NCBI GenBank assembly: GCA_028534125.1
Contig: CM052817.1
Coordinates: 78,804,001-78,868,000, forward strand
DNA: 64,000 nucleotides
Direction of reading: 5' to 3'
Source: Lama glama
Taxonomy: Eukaryota
Positions 37,580-49,754 of this stretch are shown here, piece by piece (position 1 is the stretch's first letter; each line of letters starts with the position of its first letter). The notes below the pieces were generated by a model that worked only from the letters and a program-made list of their open reading frames with translations, was not told the origin of the DNA and ran no database searches. Position numbers and translations under genes: made by a program.

Positions 37580-40500
37580 AGAGAGAAGGGGATCAAGGTG
37601 GTGGAGTAGGATGACGTGGAGCTCACCACCCCCAACAAACACATCAAAAATATATCTACATGTGAACAGTTCTCAGGAAAACTAACTAGAAACTGACAGA
37701 AGAACTTCTATACAACCAAAGCTGCAAGAAAGTTCTCCATGTAACCAAACAGGATGAGAAAAAAAGCATCAGATTGGGACCTGCATCCCTGGGAGGGATC
37801 TGTAAGGAGGAGGAAAGTCTGCATGGGTAGACCCTTACCCTGGGGAGTGAACAGGTCAAGGCCCAATCTGGGCATCCTAGACCTAGAGTTCTGTGTGGAA
37901 GAGACAAGTCCCCTTGTCTGCTGGAAAATCCTCTGAGACAGAATGGCTGAAAGTCTAGACTCTACTTGTGAGGAGGGCATGTGTGCTTTCTTGCTGACAA
38001 TCAGGACAGAGAGAGCATTGCATTAGTGGCTGCTGTATCACCATACTTCACAATCCAAAGGGGCAAACACCCTAGCCCTGCTCACTCCACACCACCACCT
38101 GGCATGAGATCTGGGCAGAGACTCAGTTTAGATGCACATAGAGAGAACAGGGTACCTTGGGTGTGATCCAGGCAGAGCTACAGTGACCACTGTCAGTGAG
38201 CACACAGGGTAGCGGGTGTAGCTAAGGCAGACATTTTCAGTGTGCATGTGCAGCAGCACCACAGGATTGTGTAACAGCTAAGCTAAGCACTGAATTTTAA
38301 GAAGGCAGGCCCTGGGAGAGGATGCATCTAGCTACACAGAGGTAGCCCAGAGGGCCTGGGGGTATAGTCCAGGTAGGGCAGCAATAATTATTATCAGCAC
38401 ACTTAGGAGTATACAGTGGTAACTTTCCCACCCAGAGCACCCTGAATAAGATTACTCCACATTGCAGCTTAGCACTGGACCTGGGGGAGACAGTTCCTGA
38501 GAAAATCTGTCATGGGGCAGCCCAGATCTCAGATGGCAGCACAGCCACCTCAATTCCTGCAGCCACAGTGCCCCAACCCCAGCCTCAGCCTACTCCACAC
38601 CACAAACCTGTAGTATATCTGCGATCGACACAACAGAGAAGGTGATGTTACGTTGGGCTGCTTCTGAGCAGAAGCTGGAATGCCTACACAGGAGGCACAC
38701 AAGTCCTCTGTGATGGCACAGGCCTCACTTTGCTTAAGCAGTTACATCCTTTGGGGCAGAGCCCACATTCAGGGGCAACAGAGAGGCTAATTAAACCCGA
38801 ACCTCAGAGCTTCTACACCAACTGGGGAGTAGGCCCTGCCCTTGACCAGGTGGTGACAGCATCAAGGCAGAGAGGAAGCCCTGTCTCACACTGTGCAAAA
38901 CTCTAGATATTCTAACACTAACCACACTCCTATCAAGGGGATAACAGCCAGTACATCCTGAGAAAAGACATTATGGCTGGTATCCAGCCCTTGTACCAAA
39001 GACACTGGACACATAGAGTTTACACACAGAGGCTCCCACATAAAAACACCCCTTTAACACTACAGTAGATAATTATTTCTCCTAAATTCACAGAGATAGA
39101 GAAAGTTAAGTCAATTAAATGGCAGACAGACTACTCCCAATTGTAAAAGAACAAGAGAAGTCCCCTGAAGGGACAAATGAAACAGAGCTCATCAGTCTAT
39201 TAGACCCCAAGTACAGAAAGAAAGTAATAAAAATGCTGCCTGAATTAAGAAAGATTATCAACAGAAATGCAGATCACTGTAACAATGAACTACAAACTAT
39301 AAAGATGAAAAATCAACAGGCAATTCAATTGATATTGAGCATTTTTTTTCACGTGCCTATTGGCCATTTGTATGTCTTCATTAGAGAATTGCTTGTTTAA
39401 GTCCTCTGCCCATTTTTGGATTGGGTTGTTTGGTTTTTTCTTATTAAGTTGTATGAGATGTTTATATATTCTGGAAATTAAGCCTTTGTCATTTGCAAAT
39501 ATCTTCTCCCATTCTGAAGGTTATCTTTTTGCTTATGGTTTCCTTTGCTGTGCAAAAGCTGAAAAGTTTAATGAGGTCCCATTTGTTTATTTTTGCTCTT
39601 GTTTCTATTGCCTAGGTAGACTGCCCTAGGAGAATATTGCTAAGATTTATGTCAGAGAATATTTTGCCTATGTGTCTTGTCTTATATTTAACTCTATAAG
39701 CCATTTTGAGTTTATTTTTTTGTATGGAATGAGTGAGTGTTCTAACTTCATTGATTTGCATGATGCTATCCAGTTTTCCCAATGCTACTTGCTGAAGAGA
39801 CTGTCTTTTCTCCATTGTATGTTCTTGCCTCCTTTATCAAAGATTAATTGACCATAGGTCTGTGGATTTATTTCTGGACTCTATTCTGTACCATTGATCT
39901 GTACGTCTGTTTTTATGCCAATACCATGCTGTTTTGATTACTGTAGCTCTGTTGTATTGTTTGAAGTCTGGGAGGGTTATTCCTCCAGTTTCATTCTTTT
40001 TCTTCAATATTGCTTTGGCAATTCTGGGTCTTTTGTGATTCCATGTAAATTTTAGGATTGTTTGTTCTAGTTCTTTAAGGAAAAAAGAAAGAAAAGAAAA
40101 AAGAAAGAAATGTCTTGGGTAATTTGATAGGGATCTCATTAAATCTGTAAATTGCCTTGAGCAGTATGGCCATTTTGACAATATTGATTCTTCCAATCCA
40201 AGAGCATGGGATATCTTTTCATTTCTTTAAGTCAGCTTTAGTTTCCTTGATCAATGTTTTATAGTTCTCCATGTATAAGTCTTTCACCTCTTTGGTCATA
40301 TTTATTCCTAAGTATTTTATTGTTTTGTATGCAATTTTAAAAGGGATTGTTTCTGTACTTTCTTTTTGTGCTAACTTATTGTTCATGTAAAGAAATGAAA
40401 CAGATTTTTGTATGTTAATCTTGTATCCTGCTACTTTGCCGAATTCTTTTATCAGCTCCAGTAGTTTTTGTGTGCAGCTTTTAGGGTTTTCTATATATAG

Positions 40501-41440
40501 TATCATGTCATCTGCATATAGTGACAATTTTACCTCTTCTCTTCCAGTTTGGATCCCTTTTATTTCTTTTTCTTGCCTGATTGCTGTGGCTAGGACTGCC
40601 AAGACTATGTTGAATAGAAGTGGAAAGAGTGGGCACCTTTGTCTTGTTCTAGATTTTAGTGGGAAGGCTTTCAGTTTTTCTCTGTTGAGTACTACGCTGA
40701 CTGTAGGTTTGTCACTAATACCTTTTATTATGTTGAGGTATGTTCCCTTTATATCCACTTTGGAAAAAGTTTCTTCTCTATAGCTCAGGGAACTATGTTC
40801 AGTATCTTGCAATAACCTTTAATGAAAAAAACAATGAAACAAATATGTGTATGTATATGCATGACTGGGACATTGTGGTGTACACCAGAAATTGACACAT
40901 TGTAATTGACCATACTTAAGTGTAAAAAAAAAAAAAAAGAAAAAGAGTAATTAGGAAATCAACAAGTCTTATGTATGGAAATCATACATAACACTGGTAT
41001 AAGTTTTAACAAGAACAAATTCAGAATTTAAAGTTTTCTTTTAGATTTCTTTATTTTTTAGACTTTGAGATCTAGAGAATAAATATCAGTCAGCCATTTA
41101 CTAATTGCCTAATAATATACCAGACATTGTCCAAATATTTTTATGTTCTTTCATAAATCTTTATAAAAGTTCAAAAAAAGTATTAGAAGAAATTATGGCT
41201 AAGAAATCCCCAAACCTTATGGTTACCAAAGGGAAGTGGAGGCAGGAGGGATACATTACGAGTACAGGAGTAAGAGATAAACAAATCTGGACTATACATA
41301 AAATAGATGAGAAACAAGGATTTACTGTAGAACACTGGGAATTATATTCAATATCCTGTAATAACCTAAAATGGAATATAATCTGAAAAAAATTAAATTA
41401 CTTCGTTCTACACCTGAAACTAACATAAATCAACTACAAA
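37580..41440 (+). mobile_element. Nested internally deleted LINE-1 (5' UTR, partial ORF1, 3' UTR), itself interrupted
   Basis: Start GATCAAGGTGGTGGAGTAG; ORF1 KEQEKSPEGTNETEL...KKVIKML (39119+); ORF1 KKVLEEIMAKKSPNL fused to 3' UTR TTATGGTTACCAAAGGG near 41217; TSD AAAGAAAATGTA (37567-37578) / AAAGAAATTGTA (41441-41452). Confidence 0.85.
39330..40945. mobile_element. 5'-inverted (twin-primed) young LINE-1
   Basis: Minus-strand ORF2 RT block 39330-40765 (includes [12 protein letters not shown]) joined to a plus-strand 3' UTR 40770-40923 and poly-A. Confidence 0.88.
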
Positions 41441-42020
41441 AAAGAAATTGTATTTATGTGCATATATATATGTGTATATATATGTACAATGCAATATCAT
41501 CCAACCTTAAAAAACCAAATCCCATCAATTCCTGCCATTTACAATGATATTGATGAATCTGTAGGACATTTTGCTAAGTCAAACAAACCTGGCATAGAGA
41601 GACAAATACTGCATGATCTCAGTTATATGTGGAATCTAAAGAAGTCAAACTCATAAAAGGAAAAAGAATGTTGGTTGCCACAGTTTGAGGGATAAGAGAA
41701 ATCTGAAAATGATGGTCAAGGAGTACAAACTTTTAGTTGCTCAAGATAAATAAGTTCTGGAGACCTAATCTATATCGTGGTGACTAGAGTTAATGATACT
41801 ATATTATATACTTGACACTTATTAAGAGAATATACCTTAAATGTCCTCATCACAAAAGGAAGGTAACTATGTGAGGTAATGAATGTTAATTAACTTGATT
41901 GTAGTAATCAGTTCACACTGTGTGTGTGTGTGTGTGTGTGTATAAACATCACATTGTACACCATAAATATATACAATTTTTATTTGGTGCTTATTCCTCA
42001 ATAAAGTTGAAAAAAACAAA
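41441..42020 (+). mobile_element. L1MA-like 3' UTR (right part of host) with (TG)n at 41918-41941
   Basis: GACAAATACTGCATGATCTC...TGTGGAATCTAAA...GTACAAACTTTTAG...CCTCAATAAAGTTGAAAAAA. Confidence 0.88.
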
Positions 42021-42764
42021 ACAACACTAACAATATCAACATGCTCCCACTGAACACGATGGAACTGCGATTCATCAGATGAAGACAAGCTCATCTTCCC
42101 TCTCAAAGGGGGGACTCAAATTCACATGAGTCACTGTTTCCACCCTGGATGAACACTCAATTCTTGTTTTTAGTTCAGTCACAGTACTACATAAATAGCC
42201 TGGACCTATGGACAAAATTGTAAAGTTGGCAGTCACCACCCACCATGTGTTATTGTCTGGGAAGGAAAGGAGAAACAAGATAGAGCAAAAGCATATACAG
42301 AACATATGCTCTATAAATACTTTATTATGATTAATTATATATTACATTAGTATATGTATTTTTTTTCTTTTTACAACTGTTCATGAGGTTGTAGTAAATA
42401 TTTGTAACTTTCTCCACTCCCATAGTCACTCACGGCAATGATGTTGGGAACAGCACATTCAGGTCAGTACCACCAAGGCCAGACCACCCCCCCCACCCTC
42501 TGTCAGACTGCTTGCGAGCAGCAAGGGCAAGTATAGCCTCCACCTCACTTTCATCTTCCATATCTTGCTGAGATGCACCTGCCTTGTGAAATTACGTCCC
42601 AAATTATGGCAACTTCCAAGGAGAAAATGGAATTTCTAACTTTCAGGCTTCGGCAGAGCACGGCAGAGTTTGGAATGGATTTGGCGGGGCAGTCCCCCAT
42701 GTCCGTGACAGGACTCTTACTAGTTCACGTGTCCTTTAAGGGATCTCACCCACTCACAGGACTT

Positions 42765-43090
42765 CAGATGTAGTCCACAAACATTTGAGACCTGATCGTT
42801 CAGACCTGAAGTTTTCTTTTTGGATTTTAGAAACCTAAAGCCCTTGCATACACTGTGTAATATTGACACTGACAGCAGGATTTGAGCAGCACCCCAAATC
42901 TGAATACATTAACATTTCTATAGCAACAGGTATAAATAATCATCCTACTGGGGTAAATAAGGAGTTTTTAAAGTTTAAACCAATTTTTTCAGGCTTTGCT
43001 TCCAAATGCATTTGCATGAAACATCAAAACAAAACACTTTCAAAGCTTTTGAGATTTGGAATTGTGGTTTGGTGCCGATTACTGGGGCTG
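42765..43090 (+). mobile_element. MER46C-like TcMar-Tigger relic
   Basis: TTTGGATTTTAGAAA...GCAGCACCCC...ACATTAACATTTCT...CAGGCTTTGCTTCCAAATG...AGCTTTTGAGATTTGGAATTGTGG. Confidence 0.7.
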
Positions 43091-43129
43091 ATTCCCAATC
43101 TGTACTTCCAGTCCTGAGCTCTGTATTCT

Positions 43130-43985
43130 TATATACATCCTTCACATACATAAAACTACAGTGTTTTTCAAACTAACTCAAAACCCACGCTTCCTCATGT
43201 GTTCTCTGACTCAATGAAAGGCATCACTCTACCCATTTGTTGAAGCCGGAAACCTGTATGTCACCCAGGAAAATCCCTCTCCCTCATCTACAAACAGAAT
43301 TCAAGTCCTGTCAGTCTTATTGCGAAAATCTCTCGCCAGTATACTCACTGCTTCCTGACTCCTCTTTCAGTTCAGACCACCAGCAAGTTTTACCTGGATT
43401 CTTTGAAACAGTTTTCTACTTTCTAGCCTCCCACCCACACGCAGTATCCGTTCTCCTGACAGTGACACGGCAACCCTGTCATTTCCCTACTTAGAACACT
43501 TCCCCTCTCTCTCCTGGAGACTGTTTTCCTTCAGGAAAGAGTCCACTGTCTGAAAACTGTTTACAAGATCCCTGTTTGCTGACCATTCTACCCTCACAAC
43601 CTATACTCCAGGCACATGTCACTCCTTTTAGAAATCTGAGTTCGTCTTGCTTTCCATCACATCGGATCTCTTTCTCCCAGAACAAGCCTTTTGATTTTGT
43701 CAAGCTAACTCCTACTCAGCTGTCAGGTCCCCACTTAGATGTCACTCCCACTGAGCAGACGTCCCTGACTCCCACAGCCCGGTTATATGCCTGTCTGGGT
43801 TTTTTAAGTAATGTACACGTCCCTTTCCTTCCCAGTTGCTAAGCTATATTCATATTGATCTGTACCCACCTTCACCCCCACCTCGGGTTGTACTTTATGG
43901 GAGAGCAATGACCATATCTTCCCTATATGACCAAGGTTTGCCAGGTACAGAAAATATTTGGATATGGCTTAAAAGAATAAATGAT
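43130..43985 (+). mobile_element. L2 3' region
   Basis: CTCAATGAAAGGCATCACT...CAAGTCCTGTCAGTC...CTCCTACTCA...; ends GAATAAATGA. Confidence 0.75.
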
Positions 43986-44056
43986 TCTCTCTCCTTTCTC
44001 ATTCTTTTCTACCCAACTCGAAACTCCTTTGTCTTTTAAAGAAAAGAAAAAAGTAA

Positions 44057-44199
44057 TGTGTCCAAGATTCTTGAATTTAATCTCAAGAAAAGCAGAAATA
44101 GAATGTTACAACAAAACATGAGACAGACAAATCAGTTGCCAAAGCAGTCGTTTCCTCCTCCGAGACACATGAGCACATAGATGAAGGCCGACGTAAAAG
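44057..44199 (-). other. Candidate minus-strand terminal exon
   Basis: Long pyrimidine tract plus CAG acceptor (AG at 44201-44200), four CpGs, ATTAAA at 44081-44076 and a U-rich downstream run. Confidence 0.35.
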
Positions 44200-45417
44200 C
44201 TGTCATGAGAGGAACACAGGAAAAAACAAAAAACAAAACTGAGTGAAGCAATGGCAGAAAACACGTTCTGAATCTAAAAATAGCAAGTGGTATAGGAAGA
44301 CAGAGGAAAGGAGGCTGCAGGGAGAAATACCGCTTTTTAAATATCACTTGTTACACCAGGGTCTTTGAGCAAACAGAAGGAGCCAGGGGCTCAGAGGAGG
44401 TGCTTAGAGGCAGAGAAACAGCAGGAAGGCAGCAGCCTGGCCACAAGCAACTCCTTTTCGAGTCTGTCTGAAGAACTAGGAAGAAAAATATTTACACTTG
44501 GGTGGTAAAAAAAAAAAAAAAAAGAGAGAAAATGTCCGAAAGCATCTATATGTTTCATATCTTTTGGAGCTGGAATTTAAGAGAAAAAAAGTTTTTAAAG
44601 AAATTACTCACCCTATTTGAAAAAAATCTGCAAGTTAATATCATAGCAAAGCACATCCTGTTCCCACAGATGGTCTTCCTTCCACACCTCTTCCGATGAT
44701 GAACAACAAGTTACAGAGGCACTGAGAGAGGCACTGGATGGTAACTTCGGCAAGTGGAAACAGTGTTTTTATTTCAGAGGGATATTGGATAATTTTTGTC
44801 TTGGATTTCCCTTATTTTAAAAGTTTTCAATAAGATAATCTTTAACCAAAAAAAGGAGGTTTACTGTTTTCTACTTAACAGATTTTGTTTAATTCTGATA
44901 GTCATGGGTAAAAGTTAAGATTAGTTTAATAATAAACTGAATTAAAATTAAAAATGGAGATCTATTGGAAAGACATTTTATTACTGCCACTTAGAAATCA
45001 ATCATCATGATCTTAAATTAACAGGCAGCTACTTATCTCTGCGTAGAAAGGTGGTACCAGCTGAGCCTGGCAGACAGCACCCGCTGCCGTAACTATCCAC
45101 ATTAGTAGATGATATCCATGCAGGCAAGACCTGTCCTATTTCCTGGGATGGAGAGACTGGGCAATGGAGAAAACTGATCATTTCTGTTCTTCAACCCATA
45201 GGACAAGAGAGATCTTTCAAAGAGAGAGAACAGAAGCAAACAGACTTTCTAAGGAAATTTATCAAATTTGGGATAACCAAGGGCTGCTTTGGAGACTAAA
45301 AAACCAAGTGTAATACGGACTTGAGTGTGGGACGCGAGCTCTTCCCTCTTCTGCTCTGAGAGGAGCTCCTTGGTGGAGGAGCACAACTCAGACCCTCCTC
45401 CCCCCACCGGAGAAAGA

Positions 45418-45431
45418 CCAGGAGGGGGCAC
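45418..45431 (+). promoter_or_regulatory. CTCF-like motif in a GC-rich unique patch
   Basis: CCAGGAGGGGGCAC versus core CCASYAGRKGGCRS (one mismatch). Confidence 0.4.
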
Positions 45432-46059
45432 AGAGTTGACCTCAGGGCTGCGATGGAGGCCTAAGCAGCAGATAGGGACTAATGAACTGAGAAAATTCAA
45501 AATTCTGTACTGTTAATGTGGCCTCATTTATACACCTTGTTTGAGGAAGCCTGGAGACATTCTGGCTGTGTAAAGATAAAGTACTGAAAATAATCTCAGA
45601 TCCCAAGAACTTGACATTTCTCCCTGAGAGGAATATTTTAAGAGTTTATGATTTCCTTCAGTAAACAATAAAATACTGCCAGTTTTCCTTACAAGTTAAG
45701 GGAAATTTGGATTTTATTTCAAATCAGAAATAGGTAGAACTTTAACAGAAAGAAAAAGAACAATAAAAAAAGCTATTTGGGTAAAAGAAGCATTACAGAG
45801 AATAATTCACCATCTTAACAAATGATGGTAGATGCAGTAATTGCCCAAATAATTGATTCTTATTAGATCTGTGGAATATGAATTTCAGTGTGAAGATACC
45901 TTGTTCCTTCTAGTTTAATCATCATCAGTCCTAAATTAGAGAGTCTCTGAATTTCGGAAACTAGCACTAATTCCCATTTACTGTAAAAGTAAAGCTCTGA
46001 TGTCCAAATTTAACCACCTGCAGACATAAGTCATTTGCAGACATAAGTCAGAGACACCC

Positions 46060-46205
46060 AGGCATAGAAGTTAGAGCACTGGTTATCATTTGAATGCTGC
46101 CTGTGTGGCTTTGGGCAGGGTAATTAGCTTTTGTGTGTTTATTCATCTGTAAAATACCACAGTTAGATTAGAACATGTCTAAAATTCCTCCACCTTTTAA
46201 AGTCT
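46060..46205 (+). mobile_element. MIR/MIR3 fragment
   Basis: CTGTGTGGCTTTGGGCAGG...TCATCTGTAAAATA...GTTAGATTAGA...TCTAAAATTCCTCC. Confidence 0.7.
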
Positions 46206-47479
46206 AAAGGCACAGACTCTACAGTGAGCACAAAATACTCAGTGAGGTGACACGTTGTGCAATCTACATAACAACTTTGCTGGGAAGTCAAACAGCAGGA
46301 TAAAAAAAACCTTCAAATATAAGGGAACTTCTGAACTGTAATAAAATGCAGCCACATGCCCCCGTGAAATTTACTGTCTGCTTTTTGCATACATGAGATG
46401 GCTCACCAGATCCCTTGTGACATTTTCTCAGCCCGAGGAAGGGGAACTTTTCATTTGCTGCCTTTGCTGACCCATGAAGAAAACTCACTCCACAAACTCC
46501 TTTATATTACTAAAACTGTGTAGCTTCCAAGAAGGCTGTGCTGTACGTATTAAAGCTTCATAGATCAGATCAACTAATGGAGGTTCTGGATGGTTCCATG
46601 AGAGGGTGATGGTCCTACCAAAAGTCCTGTTCTTTTATGAATGTTCTGCCAAGAAATGTCCCTTTCTAAATTAATGTTAGATACATTAAAAGGATCCCCA
46701 CAAAAACAAATAAGGGCTATTATTAAAACTGTGCCAAATTTTTCTTTATAAAACAGACATTCCTCTCTCATAGGCACATAAAGAAAAAGGACTGTGGAGA
46801 GTAAGTGTTCAGACATTGTACATTAGTCTTAAAATGGCATTTGTGAGGAATCAGCTCTGAAATACTTGTCTTGAATAACCTAGCAGAAGAAGCACTGACA
46901 GTAATTACTTCATCCTGACATGATTTGGGGAAGTTTTTCTGACAATTCTTAACCAGATAACTAGAATCCTTCCTAGGAAAACCACTAAGTGTTCTGCCTA
47001 GAGTCTGAGCTAGAGCTGCCCAGGACTTAGGTAAGTGGCATGACATAGATTTTCTGAAGAGAATTTAAAAGAGTAAGATTCTATTTCTTTAGAAGTAAAA
47101 ATCAGATAATAAAAAACCCTTTTAAAAAAAGCATCTTAAGAGGGGATATTTAGCAAATTTCCTGTAAAAATATTTCATATGTCACTTACAAACTCTATGT
47201 TCTGCTAACTTTAATTACATTAAGGTTTTCCTTCAAGGTCACATTTTCTGTTTTCCCTTAGACAGGGGCATGGCTGAATCCCAGACATTAAAATTCAAAG
47301 GATGCACACAAAGATATTGCTTTGGTCTAATTAAGGAAACTTTACTATGTTATATAGCTTCTGGTCTTAAGGAGCCCATAATTAAAAGGGCTGTTTTTTT
47401 CTTCCACAATAATATAAAACTTTCCATTTTTCTATTATTTGTCTCATGCCTTTCTCCTTTACCAGGTTCTACGTGCAAA

Positions 47480-47625
47480 ATCTCACACCATTTGAATAAC
47501 TTGCAGCACGTCACTTTAACCTTAGTTTCCTTAACTGTGAAATGGGGATTATAGTAGTATCAAGTCCATAAGGTTTGTTGTGAGGATTAAATAGGATAAT
47601 TACAACAAATTGTTTAGCATTACTT
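47480..47625 (+). mobile_element. MIR fragment
   Basis: CTTAGTTTCCTTAACTGTGAAATGGGGATTATAGTAGTA...GTTGTGAGGATTAAAT. Confidence 0.8.
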
Positions 47626-47817
47626 GACTTCACATGAGGATGTTACTATGAGAAAACAAACCAAAAAGTTCCACATTCACATTCCAGAAAATAAATAGAA
47701 ATATCCCCAAAACTGAAGGGACAAGGAAGGACACTGATACTGATATTTGTCAAATATATGTCAGGCAAGTTATACACATATCTCCCTTAGTCCTTACATC
47801 TTATGAGGTAAATTAAT

Positions 47818-49754
47818 TTTTTCCAGCTTTATTAAGACATAATTGACATACAACATTAAGTTTAAGGTATATCACATGATGATTTGATATACTTATATAT
47901 CATGAAATGGTTACCACAATAAGGTGAGTTAACACTCCATCACCTCACTTATTATTTGTGTGTATGTGTGTGTGTGTTTGTGTGGTGAGAACATTTAATA
48001 TCTACTCTTAGCAATTTTCAAGTATTTAATACATTACTGTTAACTAGAGTCATCATGCTGTACGTTAGATCCATGGAATTCATTTATTTACAACTGGAAG
48101 TTAGTACCCTTTAAACAACATCTCCCAATTTCTTCCACCCCTGGCAATCACCATTCTATTCTCTGTTTCTATGAATTTGACTTTTTAAAAATTCCACATA
48201 TAAGTGAGACCATATAACATTTATCTTTCTCTGTCTAACTTATTTCACTTTAGTATTTGTATGTATGTATGTGTGTGTGTATGTATATATATAGTCCTTG
48301 AGGTCCATCCATGTTGTCAAAAGGGCAGGATTTCCTTCTTTTTTATAGTTGAAAAATATACCAGTTTTTATGTGTGATAGATTTTTATTCATCTGTCATT
48401 GGACATGTAGATTTTTTCCATATCTTAACTATTGTAAATAATGCTGCAGTGAACATTGGGGGTGTAGATATGTCCTCAATGTGTTGTTTTCCCTTCTTTT
48501 ATGTATTTACCCAGAAGTGGGATTGCTGAATTACATGGTGGTTCTATTTCTAACATTTTGAGGAACCTCCATACTGTTTTCCATAGTAGTTGTACCAATT
48601 TATGTTTCCACCAATAATGCACTAGGGTTTCCTTTTCTCGGCATCCCCACTGCTACTTCTTATCTTTTGTGTTTTTGTTAATAGCTATCCTAACAGGAGT
48701 GAGGTGCTGTCTCAGTCTGGGTTTGATTTACATTTCCCTGATGATTAGTGATGTTGAGAATCTTCTCATGTGCCTGTTGGGCATTTGTATGTGTTCTTTG
48801 GAAAAATGTCTTTTAGGTCCTCTGCCTATTATTTAATTTGATTGTTTTTTCCCTATTGAGTTTCCTATGTATTTTGGTTATTAACCCCTTATCTGATCTA
48901 TGGTTTGCAAATATTTTCTTCCAGAACGTTGGTTGCTTCTTCATTCTGTTGATTGTTTCTTTTGCTGTGAAAAAGATTTTAGTTTGATTTAGTCCCATAA
49001 ACAACACCAAACTAATGTAGTATTTTGTTTATTTTGCCTTTGTTGATAGTGCTTTTGGTGTCATAGTCAAAATGTTGCCAAGACCAAAGTCAAGGAGATT
49101 TTCCACTATGTTTTCTTCTAGGAGTTTTAAGATTTCAAGTCATACATTTAAGTCTTTAATCCATTTCGAGTTTATTTTTGTAAGTGATGTGAGATGGGGG
49201 TCAGTTTTCATTCTTTTACATATGAATATCCAGTTTTCTCAACACCACTTATTGGAAACTGTATCTTTTTGCCATTGAGTATTTTTGACTGCTTTGTCAA
49301 AAATTAGTTGGCCATACATGCATGGATCTATTTCTAGGCTCCCTATTGTTTTCCATGGGCCTGTATGTTTGTTTTTATGCCAGTGACATACTTTTTGATT
49401 ACTGAAGTTTGTAGAGTAGTTTGAAATCAGGAAGCATGATAACTGTAGTTTTTATCTTCTTTTTCAATAGTACTTTGGCTATTCAGGGTCTTCTGTGGTT
49501 TCATATGAGCTTTAGGATTGTTATTTTTATTTCTATAAAAAATGAAATTGGAATTTTGATGGGGATTCCATTGAATCTGTAGATGCCTTTTGGTAGTATG
49601 TATGTTTTAACAATATTCTTTTGATCCATGACCATAGGTTATCTTTGCATTTATTTGTGTCTTCTTCGATTTCTTTCATCAATATCTTACAGTTTTCAGT
49701 GTAGATATCTTTCACTCCTTGGTTAAATTTACTCCTAAGTATTTTATTGTTTTT
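47818..49754 (-). mobile_element. L1MA-like 3' UTR and ORF2; left part of host
   Basis: TTTTCCAGCTTTATTAAGACATAATTGACA...; ORF2 fragments at 48813-49010 and 49533-49715. Confidence 0.9.

Noticed and set aside
37686..37980. ORF0-like antisense ORF shared by the two L1 5' UTRs (also 20717-20908)
   Set aside because: The similar peptides fall in different frames with different starts and stops; DNA homology alone explains them.
40219..40812. 197-aa reverse transcriptase ORF as a functional or domesticated gene
   Set aside because: It is a fragment of inverted L1 ORF2 with a chimeric start across the inversion junction and a frameshift downstream.
39309..40966. AAATCAACA on both sides as the TSD of the inverted L1
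   Set aside because: The left copy appears to lie within continuing host ORF1, and the right copy is followed by non-host sequence; probably coincidental.
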